A program made the translations under genes and the position numbers. The notes below the pieces were generated by a model, which had not been told where the DNA came from, did not search any database, and saw only the letters and a program-made list of their open reading frames with translations. A DNA stretch of 59,845 bases, filler included. It is 5 parts of 5 records of this genome, joined end to end, with 100 filler letters (N's around TTAATTAATTAA, not from the genome) between each part and the next. Parts side by side here need not be neighbours in the genome. Positions count along the whole stretch, not along the records: positions 14,061 to 26,713 come from SRR2962707_1060; positions 26,814 to 42,549 come from SRR2962707_1061; 3 more parts are not named here. The stretch is one strand, 5' to 3'. Below, piece after piece: positions 23,401-33,751 of this stretch. The stretch's first letter is position 1. Each line of letters starts with the position of its first letter.

Positions 23401-26239
23401 GCTTCTCGAGCTTTGGCATCGACACAGACAGAGGGCTGTGAGCCAAAGAGCGTTGGCGTGCTACCTCAATAGCTGTGAGCATGCCCTCTTGAAGCGAAAC
23501 GCTGTGTGAAAGCGCCTGTACATAAATTTCGACCGTGAACCAATTCCACTGTTGAAGCACGACTTGGGGGTCTGCGTTCCATGTTCCAAACGAGCTGCGT
23601 TCGGGTTGGACACCCGCTTTAGCACCGCGTGCAACACCAGACCATCGATGCCCACTACTTGATGGTGAGCCATTCTTCGGTGACGACGTGGAAGACGCCG
23701 GGGACGAAGCGGCCGATGGAATTCCACGGGTTCCACGAGAGTTGATGCGGGATTCAATGATATTTTCCTGCCCTCGCCAGAAGAGCAGCTCCAAAACGAC
23801 CACCGCTGTGGTCGCAGTCGACAACGTCTGAAGCGGAAATGTTGAAAGTGCCAACGCAAATACGTGCAACATTGACAACGTATTCACGCAATTTGACAAA
23901 ACTTCGGGCATGAATTGGCGATAGTTTTTCATCATTGTACACAACCATCTCAGCAGAAGTTTCTGAACACTGGGGGATGGTTGCATTGGGGTGACCAGGA
24001 AGCTAGCACTGCGCACTACAGGACTGCCAGCACTGTGTGCGTGAGGTGGGCTCCCCTCTCCTGAGAAATGGATCTGCCCAGATGTTACCGGCCGCTTGAT
24101 AGCTCCAGAAGCAAGAGGAGAGTCTTTGGTTCCCCTCCGAGGCGGTGTAGTGCGGACATGGCACCGATCTCGGGATTCTGCAGGGAGCGTCTTCTCGCGT
24201 GTGCCACACTTGGGGCTGCTGGCAGTTGGGGACGTGACAGCACTACTAGACTGTCGGCTTTTCGCTGCGCCAGATATGGGACTGTTGCGTGTTTGGCTAG
24301 TGCGTGGACTGCGTCGGAAACTGTTTTGCCTGCTAGAGGCGCCACTGCTACTACCAGGCCGCCTGCCACGTGCATTCTCAAGCGGAAGGGCAAAAATAGG
24401 AGCAAGGACGTGTGACACCACAACTCCGATCCAGAATGCACCTAGGTCTGTCCCGGAGTGTTTCTGCAATGCCGCAAGCCATTCACCATACCCTGCTATG
24501 TCGCACGGGTGCTGCATATCGCCACTTTCCTCGCTAGCAGGCCTGGTGTCGCGGTCCGCGCCGCTACCCCGCCTGCCCATCGGAACAGGTGGGTCGCTAG
24601 CTCTGCGTCCGATGTCCCTTCCACGTCTGGGGGGATCTGGCGACGAGCCCCGGCGCCGCCCAGAGTAGAAAGCCGCCGCCTCAAAGCGGTTTTCGTAGCC
24701 GCGATCGCGGCCACCGTCTAAGCCTTTTGGAGAGCTCAAATCACCCGCCAAGCCACTCCTCCCAGAATTGAATGCACTTGCAGTACTACCACCGGCCCCG
24801 TTGCTGGCGTTCGCAGCGTCCATGGCATCTTGAACGTGCTGCAGAACTTGCGAGATGAGTCCAAGCTTTTGGCTGGTTTTGATTGCTTCTGCAGTAGTTT
24901 CTTCTGCATTCAAAGGCCGAGAAAAACGTGATGTATTTCGATCGTGAGCGATACGACTGTGCTGCTGTGGGTGCGTTACCAACCCAGGCACTCCCCCTGC
25001 ACTGTTCCCTCTCGATCCTCTGGGACTGGTCATATAGTCCAAGTCGGAAAGTCGTGAGTCGTCTGAATCACTGATTGCTCCGGTTGATCTTTGAGGCAGC
25101 CCGCTATCACCACCTCCGCGAACGCGCTCTCGTGCGGAAATTCCTCTTGACAAAAAGCTGTGACTGAGCAAGGACTGGACGCCTCCACGCCAACGAAGTC
25201 GCGACGTATCATAGAACAGAGGAGGAAGCAGGGTTGTGGCAGTTGCCGGGCTTCCTCCGGCAGAACCTTCAAACTCGTAATGGCGAATGGAAGAAGGTGA
25301 CGAATGTGATGTAACGCCAGCCAAAACATCTTCCTTTTTGGCCTTTGCGGCTGCAGTTGCAGCGCGCAAGGCGCTCCGGGATTTGCTGATTGACATCTTT
25401 GACTTGCTGTGCACGTCACTTGTTGTGCTCGTTCCAATACAGGCAAGAAACTGTACGTAGGATGCGACAAGCTTATGCGTGGACCCAGGAAGGACCAATT
25501 CTTGCAGCATTGCCAGAGGAACTGTCATAGTAGTGCGCGGGGGAGCGTAAAAAAACGTGTCAGCATTGTCGTCGTCATCGTCCCCGCTAGTGCTGCCGGT
25601 TTTGTCTGAAACGTCCCCAGTGTCGCTTCTGCCACTGCCTTGCCGGCCAGCCGCCTGGACATGTCGATGTTTGTCGTGAGTTAATTGATTTCCAGAGGCG
25701 AGCAGATCGACGAAGCAGAGGAGCAGTTTTGCGGCTGCCTTGCGGACGGAAAAATGGTGATCTTCGTGGATGAGCGCTCCGCAGAAGTGGCATATTTCGT
25801 CGTACCGCCACCCAGCTTGAATCTTTGTCGGCACGCTCGACAACAAGTAGTGAAAGTACGAGACCAACCTGAGCACTAACGCGACATCTGGCACGTCATC
25901 CTTTTGAAACAAATTCTTAAAGCCAGACTTGATTTTCTGCCCCACGTCATCGCCGCGCCGCTTCTCTGCGTGCAGATCCTTGATAGCTTGCATTGTGTCC
26001 ACCACCACATCGAATATCTCCACATGGTAAATGGAGAAGATGACACTGCGGAACCGGTTGTACGTGGGTCCCTCCACAAATTTGTTCAAGTGCCGAAAAC
26101 GCGTAAACGGCGACTTCGACCCGTTCAGAAAGCGCCGCGCGTTAGGATCGAGCTTCGTGTCGGTCTTCAACACCTCCAGCGCGTCATTGAACGACTGCCC
26201 ACCGCCTCCAAAGCGCCGGTGGATGGAATGAATGTCCAT
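14469..26239 (-). CDS. Giant RalGAP alpha-subunit-like protein, 4 exons, ~3800 aa
   Basis: Exons 26239-22105, 22016-18241, 18114-14818 and 14666-14469; all three GT-AG introns keep frame. The N-terminus (FTRFRHLNKFVE; LLSSVPTKIQAGWRYDEICHFCGALIHEDHHFSVRKAAAKLLL) parallels the RALGAPA N-terminus as I recall it. VWVRDLTGTHAWSF and C-terminal FEKRHAFIKEI also match RalGAP-alpha/tuberin-family landmarks. Confidence 0.72.
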
Positions 26240-26688
26240 GGCAGTGACAGCAGACACAAGCTAAATCAGCCCATGCGCAACACTGGATGTTCCTGCGGTG
26301 GGTGCTACTTTAGTTCTCGGAATGAAAATGAAACGAAGAAGAGATTGAACCCGTGGACGAGTGAAAGAAGCAGAATAGAAGAAGCCACTCGCTCACTGTA
26401 CAAAGCGGCGTGCGTCGAGCCTGCAGGCGCTTTCTCCGTCTCTCTGTGTTTGCAGCTCTCCGTACTTGTTTCGCTACGCGAGCAGACAAAGGCAAGAGCT
26501 TGAGAATCGACAGACAGTCTACCTGTCTGCCCTGTCTGACTGTCTGCCCCTGTTGGTGACAGAGCCAGACCCAGGCTCTAGGTGCTTTTTCCTGCTCCAG
26601 CTTTGATCTTTTTTGTTTTGTTTTTCGCTTTTTCGAGTTCGCTTGACTTGGCTCTCTTCCATGGTCATTGACCGAGATGTTCTTGAGC

Positions 26689-26713
26689 GTGTGAGTGAGT
26701 GAGTGAGTGAGTG
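26689..26713. repeat. (GTGA)n microsatellite at contig edge
   Basis: gtgtgagtgagtgagtgagtgagtg. Confidence 0.8.
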
Positions 26714-26813
26714 NNNNNNNNNNNNNNNNNNNNNNNNNNNNNNNNNNNNNNNNNNNNTTAATTAATTAANNNNNNNNNNNNNNNNNNNNNNNNNNNNNNN
26801 NNNNNNNNNNNNN
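26714..26813. other. Artificial contig spacer
   Basis: N44-TTAATTAATTAA-N44. Confidence 0.98.
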
Positions 26814-27821
26814 GGCGTAGATGCCGGGTTGCAGGAAGGTGTAGAGGGCGACGCCCGCAGCACCGCCAGCGACGAACCAGGTCTCGAGGCCGACGTCAGG
26901 CCGATTGCCGAACTTGCCACCGGGCCAGACAAAGTCGCCGTGGCCACCAATCAGGTGCGGGCGGGTGTCTCGGTTGGCCTGGGAATGGACCACGAGTACG
27001 CGTTCACCCACAGCGGCCGTCATGGCATTCTCGCCCGTCAGCGCGCCGACCTTGCCATTAAACACAACATGGCTGGGTTTAAGTGTGCGCATCACCTCAA
27101 GAGTGTCAGCATAACCGTCACCAATGCTCTCGTAAGTGATGTAATTGCCGTCTGTGTCCTTGGGGACATAGAAGTCCTGCTCGCCGACATAGTAGACGCG
27201 GTCGTACCCAAGGGCATTGCCCTTGCCGTCATTCAGGCCCTCGCGTGGCAGCACCATGATGGCGCCGTTCATGCCGGCGGTGACATGCCAGGGGACCATG
27301 CCGGAAGGCGCGCAATGGTAGACGAAGGCGCCAGTCTTGGTCGCCTTGAAGCGCAACACAGCCTTTTCGCCAGGGTTTACCTCGGTCAGTTGGGCGCCGC
27401 CCAGCGCGCCCGTGGCGGCGTGGAAGTCGATATTGTGCGCCATCAGATTGGTGTCGGGATTGATCAGCGTCAGTTCGACGTAGTCACCTTCGTGAACAAC
27501 CATTAGCGGCCCGGGAACCGAGCCATTGAACGTCATCGCCCAGATGGTGGTGCCATCTTCATCGACTTCGTGCACTTTTTCTTCGATCACCATGGTGAAT
27601 TCGACGATCTTGGGACCGCCTGTAGCCACCTGTTCATGCGTATGCACGAAGGGTGGTGCCACCAGCTCGACCTTTACCCGTTCCAGCGTGGAGACATCAA
27701 CGACCGGCGCCATTGCTGCTTCAGCGGTCGCAGGCAATACTGTGGCAAGCTGAACTGCGGCGCCTATTGCTGTGGCGCCAACAAGTAGATTGCGGCGCGA
27801 AATCCCATTATTGATTGTCAT
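26814..27821 (-). CDS. nirK: Copper-containing nitrite reductase (3' truncated at contig edge)
   Basis: Tat signal SRRNLL; Cu-ligand motifs HNIDFH and [33 protein letters not shown]. Confidence 0.96.
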
Positions 27822-27898
27822 GATACTTTCCTTAATTCCGGGTTCGGCCTGTCAGTGCCGGTACGGTTTCGGGATAGGCCCAATATCATTACCTCTCT

Positions 27899-27912
27899 TT
27901 GATCAAGCGCAA
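27899..27912. promoter_or_regulatory. FNR/NnrR-type box, nirK-proximal
   Basis: TTGAT-CAAG-CGCAA: one FNR half-site plus one NnrR-type half-site, ~80 nt upstream of the nirK start. Confidence 0.75.
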
Positions 27913-27952
27913 ATTACAATCATATTTTCGGCCGCGGAATTGTTATAAATAT

Positions 27953-27966
27953 TTGATTTGGGACAA
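27953..27966. promoter_or_regulatory. FNR-type box, pseudoazurin-proximal
   Basis: TTGAT-TTGG-GACAA versus consensus TTGAT-N4-ATCAA, ~75 nt upstream of the pseudoazurin start. Confidence 0.65.
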
Positions 27967-28040
27967 AGATAGACGAGGGGCTTGCGCCTAGAAGGTCGCC
28001 AACGGGACCGCTCTGGCCCCATTTCTCAAGGAGACCGAAG

Positions 28041-28487
28041 ATGAGCAATGTCCTCAAAGCCCTGATCGCAGCCGCCGCAATTGCCGGCTTTGCGGTTGTG
28101 CCAGCCATCGCTGCCGATTTCGAGATGCATATGCTCAACAAGGGGGATGCTGGCGCAATGGTGTTTGAACCTGCTTTTGTTCAGATCCAGCCCGGCGATA
28201 CCGTGACATTTGTACCCACTGACAAAGGGCACAACGCCGAAACTATCAAGGACATGATCCCTGAGGGTGCAGAGACCTTCAAGAGCAAGATCAATGAGAC
28301 CTTTACCGTCACTTTTGATGTTGCCGGTGCCTATGGCATCAAGTGCACACCGCACTACGCAATGGGCATGGTCGGTATGATTATGGTCGGTGACGACCTG
28401 GCCAATCTGGACGCCGTCAAGGCCGTCAAGGTTCCCAGGAAGGTTGGGGAACGCTTCGATGCCGTTTATGCCGAACTTGGCCTGTAG
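28041..28487 (+). CDS. paz: Pseudoazurin (blue copper electron donor to NirK)
   Basis: Signal peptide, HMLNKG..GAMVFEP, DKGHN and the type-1 Cu loop [10 protein letters not shown]. Confidence 0.95.
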   Translation: MSNVLKALIAAAAIAGFAVVPAIAADFEMHMLNKGDAGAMVFEPAFVQIQPGDTVTFVPTDKGHNAETIKDMIPEGAETFKSKINETFTVTFDVAGAYGIKCTPHYAMGMVGMIMVGDDLANLDAVKAVKVPRKVGERFDAVYAELGL

Positions 28488-28504
28488 GGCCACAACGCAT
28501 CAAC

Positions 28505-28537
28505 AAAAAGCCCGCAGGGTCACCTGCGGGCTTTTTT
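28505..28537. terminator. Bidirectional rho-independent terminator
   Basis: AAAAAGCCCGCAGG-GTCA-CCTGCGGGCTTTTTT between convergent genes. Confidence 0.9.
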
Positions 28538-28594
28538 GTCTCCGGCTAGCCCGTCACCGGTCGCAGCGATCTCGGTACTATCAGACCAACGAGG

Positions 28595-29482
28595 CTAGAC
28601 GTATTGACGCCAGTTATGCTGTTCCTTAAAGCCGAGGACGTCACGGATCTTGCGATTGGAGATCGGTGCTTCTGTTGTACCCATCGTCCGGGTAACAGGG
28701 GTATTTGGTGCCCATTTGGCAAGGAACTCTGCGGTCGGCTGATCAGCCGTGATCTCGTCGTTCACCGCATTGAATACCTGATAGCCGAGGCCATCCTTTT
28801 TCACGCAGAGATCAACGATCTGGCCCAGATCACGGGCATCGATATAGCTCCAGGCATTGCGTTTGCGCGAAGCCGGGTTGGCGATGAAGTCGGGGAACAT
28901 GGCGTATTCATGGGGCTCGATCACATTGCCGATACGCAGGGCATAGATGTCGATACCGCTTCGCATGGCGAAGGCACGTGCCGTCTTTTCATTGACCACC
29001 TTGGACAGGCCGTAGCTGTCCATTGGATCGGTGTCGTAATCTTCCTCAAGCGGGAAGCTGTGATAGTCCTTGTCGCCCTCGGCAAAGCACACCCCATAGG
29101 TGGTCTCGCTGGATGCGATGATGACCTTCCTGATCCCCAGCTTTACCGCCGCTTCGATGACGTTATAGGTCGAGATAACGTTGGCACTGAAGGTGGTGTT
29201 GTCCGGGCGTAGCAGCACGCGCGGCACCGCTGCAAAGTGGACGAGGGCGTCAACTGGTGCTGGGCCGGCGCCGGTGGTGAAGCCATCGAAATCAAAATGC
29301 ATCGAGAGTGCGTTGAAAGCCTGTCCACTCTCGGTCAGGTCTGCGGTCAACGTGTTTACGCCGGGATGGTCCAGCGGCACCAGATCGACATTGAGAACGC
29401 TGTGGCCCTGATCGAGCAGGTAGGGCACGACATGGCGCCCGGCCTTGCCGCTGCCGCCAGTGAAGACAATTCGCTTACTCAT
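28595..29482 (-). CDS. NAD-dependent epimerase/dehydratase-family (extended SDR) oxidoreductase
   Basis: TGGSGKAG Rossmann motif, ASSETTYG and the YGLSK catalytic motif. Confidence 0.85.
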   Translation of the reverse strand: MSKRIVFTGGSGKAGRHVVPYLLDQGHSVLNVDLVPLDHPGVNTLTADLTESGQAFNALSMHFDFDGFTTGAGPAPVDALVHFAAVPRVLLRPDNTTFSANVISTYNVIEAAVKLGIRKVIIASSETTYGVCFAEGDKDYHSFPLEEDYDTDPMDSYGLSKVVNEKTARAFAMRSGIDIYALRIGNVIEPHEYAMFPDFIANPASRKRNAWSYIDARDLGQIVDLCVKKDGLGYQVFNAVNDEITADQPTAEFLAKWAPNTPVTRTMGTTEAPISNRKIRDVLGFKEQHNWRQYV

Positions 29483-29532
29483 GATTGCAGTCCTTCAGTG
29501 AGAGTTAGCGCGCCGACCAGATAGGGCTGGCG

Positions 29533-30306
29533 CTAAAATCCGAGGTTCTGGCGCCAGGCCAGGCCGGCGAGCGTGTCGCCCGCGGGGCGATATTCGAGGC
29601 CGACGAAACCGTCATAGCCACTGGCATCGAGGTGACGCAGGATGCGGCCGTCATCGAGCTCCCCGCTGCCTGGTTCGTGGCGGTCGGGAACGGCAGAAAT
29701 TTGCACGTGCCCGATCATGCCGATCAATGTGTCGATGCTGCGGATGATGTCGCCGTGCAAGATCTGCCGGTGATAAATATCGTATTGCAGTTCGAGATTG
29801 GGCAGACCGAGTTCAGTGACGAGGTCGGCTGCAAAGCCAAAATCACTGAGAAAATATCCTGGCATGTCGCGCGCATTGATCGGCTCGATGACCATGGTCA
29901 AGCCATGCTCAGCCGCGCGCTGACAGGCATGCGTAGTGTTTTCGCGGTAGGTCGCGACCGCTTGAGGATCCGTCCTGTCGGCTAGCCCGCTCATCATGTG
30001 AAGGCGATGGGGGCGCAGGACGCTGGCGTAGCGTAACGCGGCGCTTACCGATTGTTCAAAGTCGTTTCTACGTGCGGGCAGGGCCGCCATACCGCGGTCG
30101 CCAGCCTCCCAATCGCCTGGCGGTAGGTTGAAAAGGGCGAGTTGAAGATTATTGCGCTCCAGCTGTTCAGCAATCTGGTCTGGCTCATGGACATAGGGAA
30201 ACAGGAACTCGACCGCTGAGAAACCAGCCGCCGCGGCTGCGGCGAAGCGGTCCAGAAACTCAAGTTCATTGAACATCATCGACAAATTGGCGGCGAGTTT
30301 GACCAT
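29533..30306 (-). CDS. otnI: 2-oxo-tetronate isomerase (Hyi family)
   Basis: Motifs AANLSMMF, VEFLFPY, IEPIN.RDMPGYFL, DIYHRQ and RHEPGSGE; adjacent to ltnD and near otnK. Confidence 0.82.
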   Translation of the reverse strand: MVKLAANLSMMFNELEFLDRFAAAAAAGFSAVEFLFPYVHEPDQIAEQLERNNLQLALFNLPPGDWEAGDRGMAALPARRNDFEQSVSAALRYASVLRPHRLHMMSGLADRTDPQAVATYRENTTHACQRAAEHGLTMVIEPINARDMPGYFLSDFGFAADLVTELGLPNLELQYDIYHRQILHGDIIRSIDTLIGMIGHVQISAVPDRHEPGSGELDDGRILRHLDASGYDGFVGLEYRPAGDTLAGLAWRQNLGF

Positions 30307-30308
30307 GC

Positions 30309-31226
30309 CTAGTGCTCCTTGGCCTTAGGAAGATTGATGCCGGTTATCTGGGCGATGAGGCGGGCGGGCGATGCGTCATCATCGCGGCCCATGCCCGCAG
30401 CGGCGGTGGCCAGAAAGAGTTGCAGTGCGGAAGCGGCAATCGGCAGGGGAAAAGTCTCCGTTCGTCCGATATCGCTGACGATGCCAAGATCCTTGGTGAA
30501 GATGTTAACGGCGCTTTTGGGTGCGTAGTCACCTTCGAGGATGTGTGGAACGCGGTTCTCGAACATCCACGAATTTCCAGCAGAGGCGGTGATAACCTCA
30601 TAGACCTTGTCGATATCCAGGCCGAGTTTGCTGGCAAAGGTGATGGCTTCGCACGCGGCGGCAATATGGACGCCCGCGAGCAGTTGGTTGACGATCTTGA
30701 AGGAGGCGCCGATGCCGGGCGCTTCGCCGAGTTCGTAGACCTTACCAGCCATGGCATTGAGTGCGGGCCGCGCAACGGCAAACGCGTGCGGAGATCCCGA
30801 GGCCATGAAGGTCAGTTCGCCCGTGCCGGCGCGCGCAGCGCCCCCACTCATGGGGGCGTCGAGGTAGTGGATGTCGCGTTGACTGCATCGTTCTGCCAGG
30901 GCGCGAACCGCGTCAGGAGCCATGGTGGCGCAGGAAATCACCACGCCGCCCGGCACCATCGCCGGCACAATGCCGTTGTCGCCAAACAGCACTGCTTCGG
31001 TCTGCGCTGCGTTGACCACAACAACCACCGCGATTTGTGCGCCTTTGGCCGCATCGGCTGGACTGGTGCAGGCCCGAGCGCCCAAGTCACCGAGTGCGGC
31101 GGTCGCCGATGCGGTAACGTCATAGCCACTCACCGTATGGCCAGATGCCAGCAGCGATTTAGCCATGCCAAGTCCCATGGACCCAAGTCCGATCATCGCC
31201 ACAGCGAGGCTGGTTGTTTCTGTCAT
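30309..31226 (-). CDS. ltnD: L-threonate dehydrogenase
   Basis: Motifs IGLGSMGLGMA, VVVNAAQTEAVLFG, KIVNQLLAGVHIAAACEA and SAGNSWMFENRVPH. Confidence 0.85.
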   Translation of the reverse strand: MTETTSLAVAMIGLGSMGLGMAKSLLASGHTVSGYDVTASATAALGDLGARACTSPADAAKGAQIAVVVVVNAAQTEAVLFGDNGIVPAMVPGGVVISCATMAPDAVRALAERCSQRDIHYLDAPMSGGAARAGTGELTFMASGSPHAFAVARPALNAMAGKVYELGEAPGIGASFKIVNQLLAGVHIAAACEAITFASKLGLDIDKVYEVITASAGNSWMFENRVPHILEGDYAPKSAVNIFTKDLGIVSDIGRTETFPLPIAASALQLFLATAAAGMGRDDDASPARLIAQITGINLPKAKEH

Positions 31227-31302
31227 TGGAGGGCTCCGCGTGAATTTGGTGCGCTGGAGTATTCGGTCGTTTCAGAGATTGCGATCCCCGGAAATGCCAA
31301 TT

Positions 31303-31318
31303 ATGTTAGCGCTGTCAT
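31303..31318. promoter_or_regulatory. LacI/GntR-type operator in the divergent ltnD / regulator promoter
   Basis: Near-palindrome ATGTTAGCGCTGTCAT with a central CG. Confidence 0.65.
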
Positions 31319-31354
31319 GTTGCTTGATCATGGCTACTGTCGGATAGGGAGTCA

Positions 31355-32407
31355 ATGAAGTCAGATCAGCCCAAGTTGACGTCGTCGGTAGGCAAGCGAC
31401 TGGCGCAGCGGCGTCAGGGTGTCACGCTCGCGGACGTTGCGCGCATAGCAAAGGTTAGCGAAATCACCGTGTCGCGGGTGTTGCGGCGTCAAGGTGCGAT
31501 CGCCGAGTCGACGCGTGAGCGGGTCTTGGATGCGGTTCAACATGTCGGCTATGTGCCCAACCGGCTGGCAGGAGGACTGGCATCTTCGGGATCGAAGCTG
31601 GTGGGCGTAATCGTGCCGTCGCTGACCAATATAGTGTTTCCCGAGGTGCTGGACGGTATTCGGTCGGCGCTGGCCGATACCGGGTTTCAGGCCGTTATCG
31701 GCGTCAGCGACTATGATTTGAACACCGAGGAAGAACTGGTGGCGTCCTTGTTGGCCTGGCGCCCCGAGGCGATGGTCATTGCTGGCGTCGAGCACACGCC
31801 CGTGGCGCGGGCCATGCTTGAGGGCAGCGGCGTGCGGATTGCCGAAATCATGGAAATTGACAGCCAGCCCATCGATCTGGCGGTTGGCCATTCGCATCGG
31901 CAGGCCGGCTATGACACGGGCCGGTATCTGATCGACAAGGGGTATCGCCGCTTTGGCTATGTCGGTCACGACTGGACAGCGGATCGGCGCGCGCAGCTTC
32001 GCCATGATGGCCTAGTCATGGCGCTCGCCGAGGCTGGCCTCGAGCTGATTGACCGATCTCTGCACGATGGGCCGAGTTCGACAGCATCTGGCCGTAGCGT
32101 GCTGGCCGCACTTCTGTCGCGCCAGAGCGCGCTTGATGTCGTGGTATTTTCCAATGACGACATGGCCACGGGTGGCGTGTTTCACTGTCTGAGCGCGGGC
32201 CTTGTTCCCAAGGTCGATCTTGGCCTGTTTGGCTTTAACGGCCTCGATATTGGCCAGGCGCTGCCCACACCGTTGTCGACACTGCGGTCAAACCGTTTTC
32301 TGACGGGAAGGACGGCGATCGAAATGCTGCTCAGGCAACGTGATCGACCAATGCAGCCGGAGATCATCGATACCGGCTACCAAATCCTTCCCGGCGCCAC
32401 AGCTTGA
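31355..32407 (+). CDS. LacI-family transcriptional regulator (gluconate GntR-like)
   Basis: HTH VTLADVARIAKVSEITVSRVL, followed by GYVPNRLAG and a sugar-binding domain. Confidence 0.9.
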   Translation: MKSDQPKLTSSVGKRLAQRRQGVTLADVARIAKVSEITVSRVLRRQGAIAESTRERVLDAVQHVGYVPNRLAGGLASSGSKLVGVIVPSLTNIVFPEVLDGIRSALADTGFQAVIGVSDYDLNTEEELVASLLAWRPEAMVIAGVEHTPVARAMLEGSGVRIAEIMEIDSQPIDLAVGHSHRQAGYDTGRYLIDKGYRRFGYVGHDWTADRRAQLRHDGLVMALAEAGLELIDRSLHDGPSSTASGRSVLAALLSRQSALDVVVFSNDDMATGGVFHCLSAGLVPKVDLGLFGFNGLDIGQALPTPLSTLRSNRFLTGRTAIEMLLRQRDRPMQPEIIDTGYQILPGATA

Positions 32408-32414
32408 GGGCCAC

Positions 32415-33695
32415 ATGACCAATTCCATCCTGCTCGGCGCGATTGCCGACGATCTGACCGGGGCCACTGATCTGTCGCTGATGCTGGCGCGCAACGGCAT
32501 GAAGACAGTGCAGGTGATCGGTGTTCCTGAAGAGGGCGCTGATTTCGGTGATGCCGAGGCTGTCGTGGTGGCGTTGAAGTCTCGGACGATTCCGGCTGAT
32601 CAGGCCGTTGCCATGGCGCTGGCGTCAGCTTTGGTGCTGCGTGCCGCTGGCACCGAACAGTTCCTGTTCAAATATTGCTCGACCTTTGATTCGACAGATG
32701 CGGGCAATATTGGCCCGGTCGCCGAAGCGCTGATGGATCTCCTCGACGTGCCCATTGCAATCGCTTGCCCGGCATTTCCCGCGGCCGGGCGATCGGTTTA
32801 CCAGGGGCACCTGTTTGTCGGATCGTCGCTGCTCTCGGACAGTGCGATGCGAGATCATCCTTTGACTCCCATGCGCGATCCCAATCTGGTGCGGGTGCTG
32901 CAAGCTCAGTGCGCGGCCCGCGTCGGACTCCTGCCACTCGATATCGTTTCGGCCGGGGCCGAGGTGATCAATGCGGTCCTGCACAAGGCGCAGCAAGCCG
33001 GCTTCCGTCTGATGATCGCCGATGCGGTTCGGGATGCAGACCTTCGGGTTCTCGGCAAGGCGCTGGCCGGAGCCAGGCTGATCACCGGTGGGTCTGGTAT
33101 CGCCATGGGATTGCCTGAGAACTTCCGCTTGCAGGGGCGGATTGGCAGTGCGGCGGTGCCAGAGAAAATGGCAGCCCCTGCTGGCAAGTCAGTCATTCTT
33201 GCCGGCTCCTGCTCGGAGGCAACGCGAGGGCAGGTAGACGAGGCGATCGCGGCTGGTCGCCCAGCCCTGAAGATCGTCCCAGCTGATGTTGCAGCTGGTA
33301 GCCAAACGGTTTCCGATGTCGCCAACTGGGTGCTGGCCAATACCGGTGCCGGGCCTGCACTGGTTTACTCCAGCGACGAGCCTGATGCGGTGCGCGCGGT
33401 TCAGGATAAGCTCGGCAAAGACGAGGCCGGGCTGCTGGTTGAGCATCTCCTGGCCAACCTTGCTGTCATTCTGCGCGACAACGGTTTTTCTCGGTTCATC
33501 GTGGCCGGGGGCGAGACTTCAGGCGCGGTTGTTGCCGCGCTGGGGGTGTCCAGCTTGCGGATTGGTCCGGAGATCGCGCCAGGGGTGCCGTGGACCCGAA
33601 GCGTTGGTGGGCCCGATCTGGCGCTGGCGCTGAAGTCGGGCAATTTCGGCGCGCCTGACTTTTTTCAGACGGCCTGGGACTTGCTCCAGGACTGA
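32415..33695 (+). CDS. otnK: 3-oxo-tetronate kinase (DUF1537 four-carbon acid sugar kinase)
   Basis: Motifs GAIADDLTGATD, VALKSRT, FKYCSTFDST, GGETSG and LKSGNFG; start at the ATG at 32415. Confidence 0.88.
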   Translation: MTNSILLGAIADDLTGATDLSLMLARNGMKTVQVIGVPEEGADFGDAEAVVVALKSRTIPADQAVAMALASALVLRAAGTEQFLFKYCSTFDSTDAGNIGPVAEALMDLLDVPIAIACPAFPAAGRSVYQGHLFVGSSLLSDSAMRDHPLTPMRDPNLVRVLQAQCAARVGLLPLDIVSAGAEVINAVLHKAQQAGFRLMIADAVRDADLRVLGKALAGARLITGGSGIAMGLPENFRLQGRIGSAAVPEKMAAPAGKSVILAGSCSEATRGQVDEAIAAGRPALKIVPADVAAGSQTVSDVANWVLANTGAGPALVYSSDEPDAVRAVQDKLGKDEAGLLVEHLLANLAVILRDNGFSRFIVAGGETSGAVVAALGVSSLRIGPEIAPGVPWTRSVGGPDLALALKSGNFGAPDFFQTAWDLLQD

Positions 33696-33751
33696 GCTCA
33701 CATTTCAACGCGAACAATGGCGCTGCAAAAGCAGCGGGAAAGGACTATCCA

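Noticed and set aside
28595-29482. Calling this SDR the D-erythronate dehydrogenase DenD
   Set aside because: The context fits, but I cannot recognise DenD-specific sequence features; left as a generic extended SDR.
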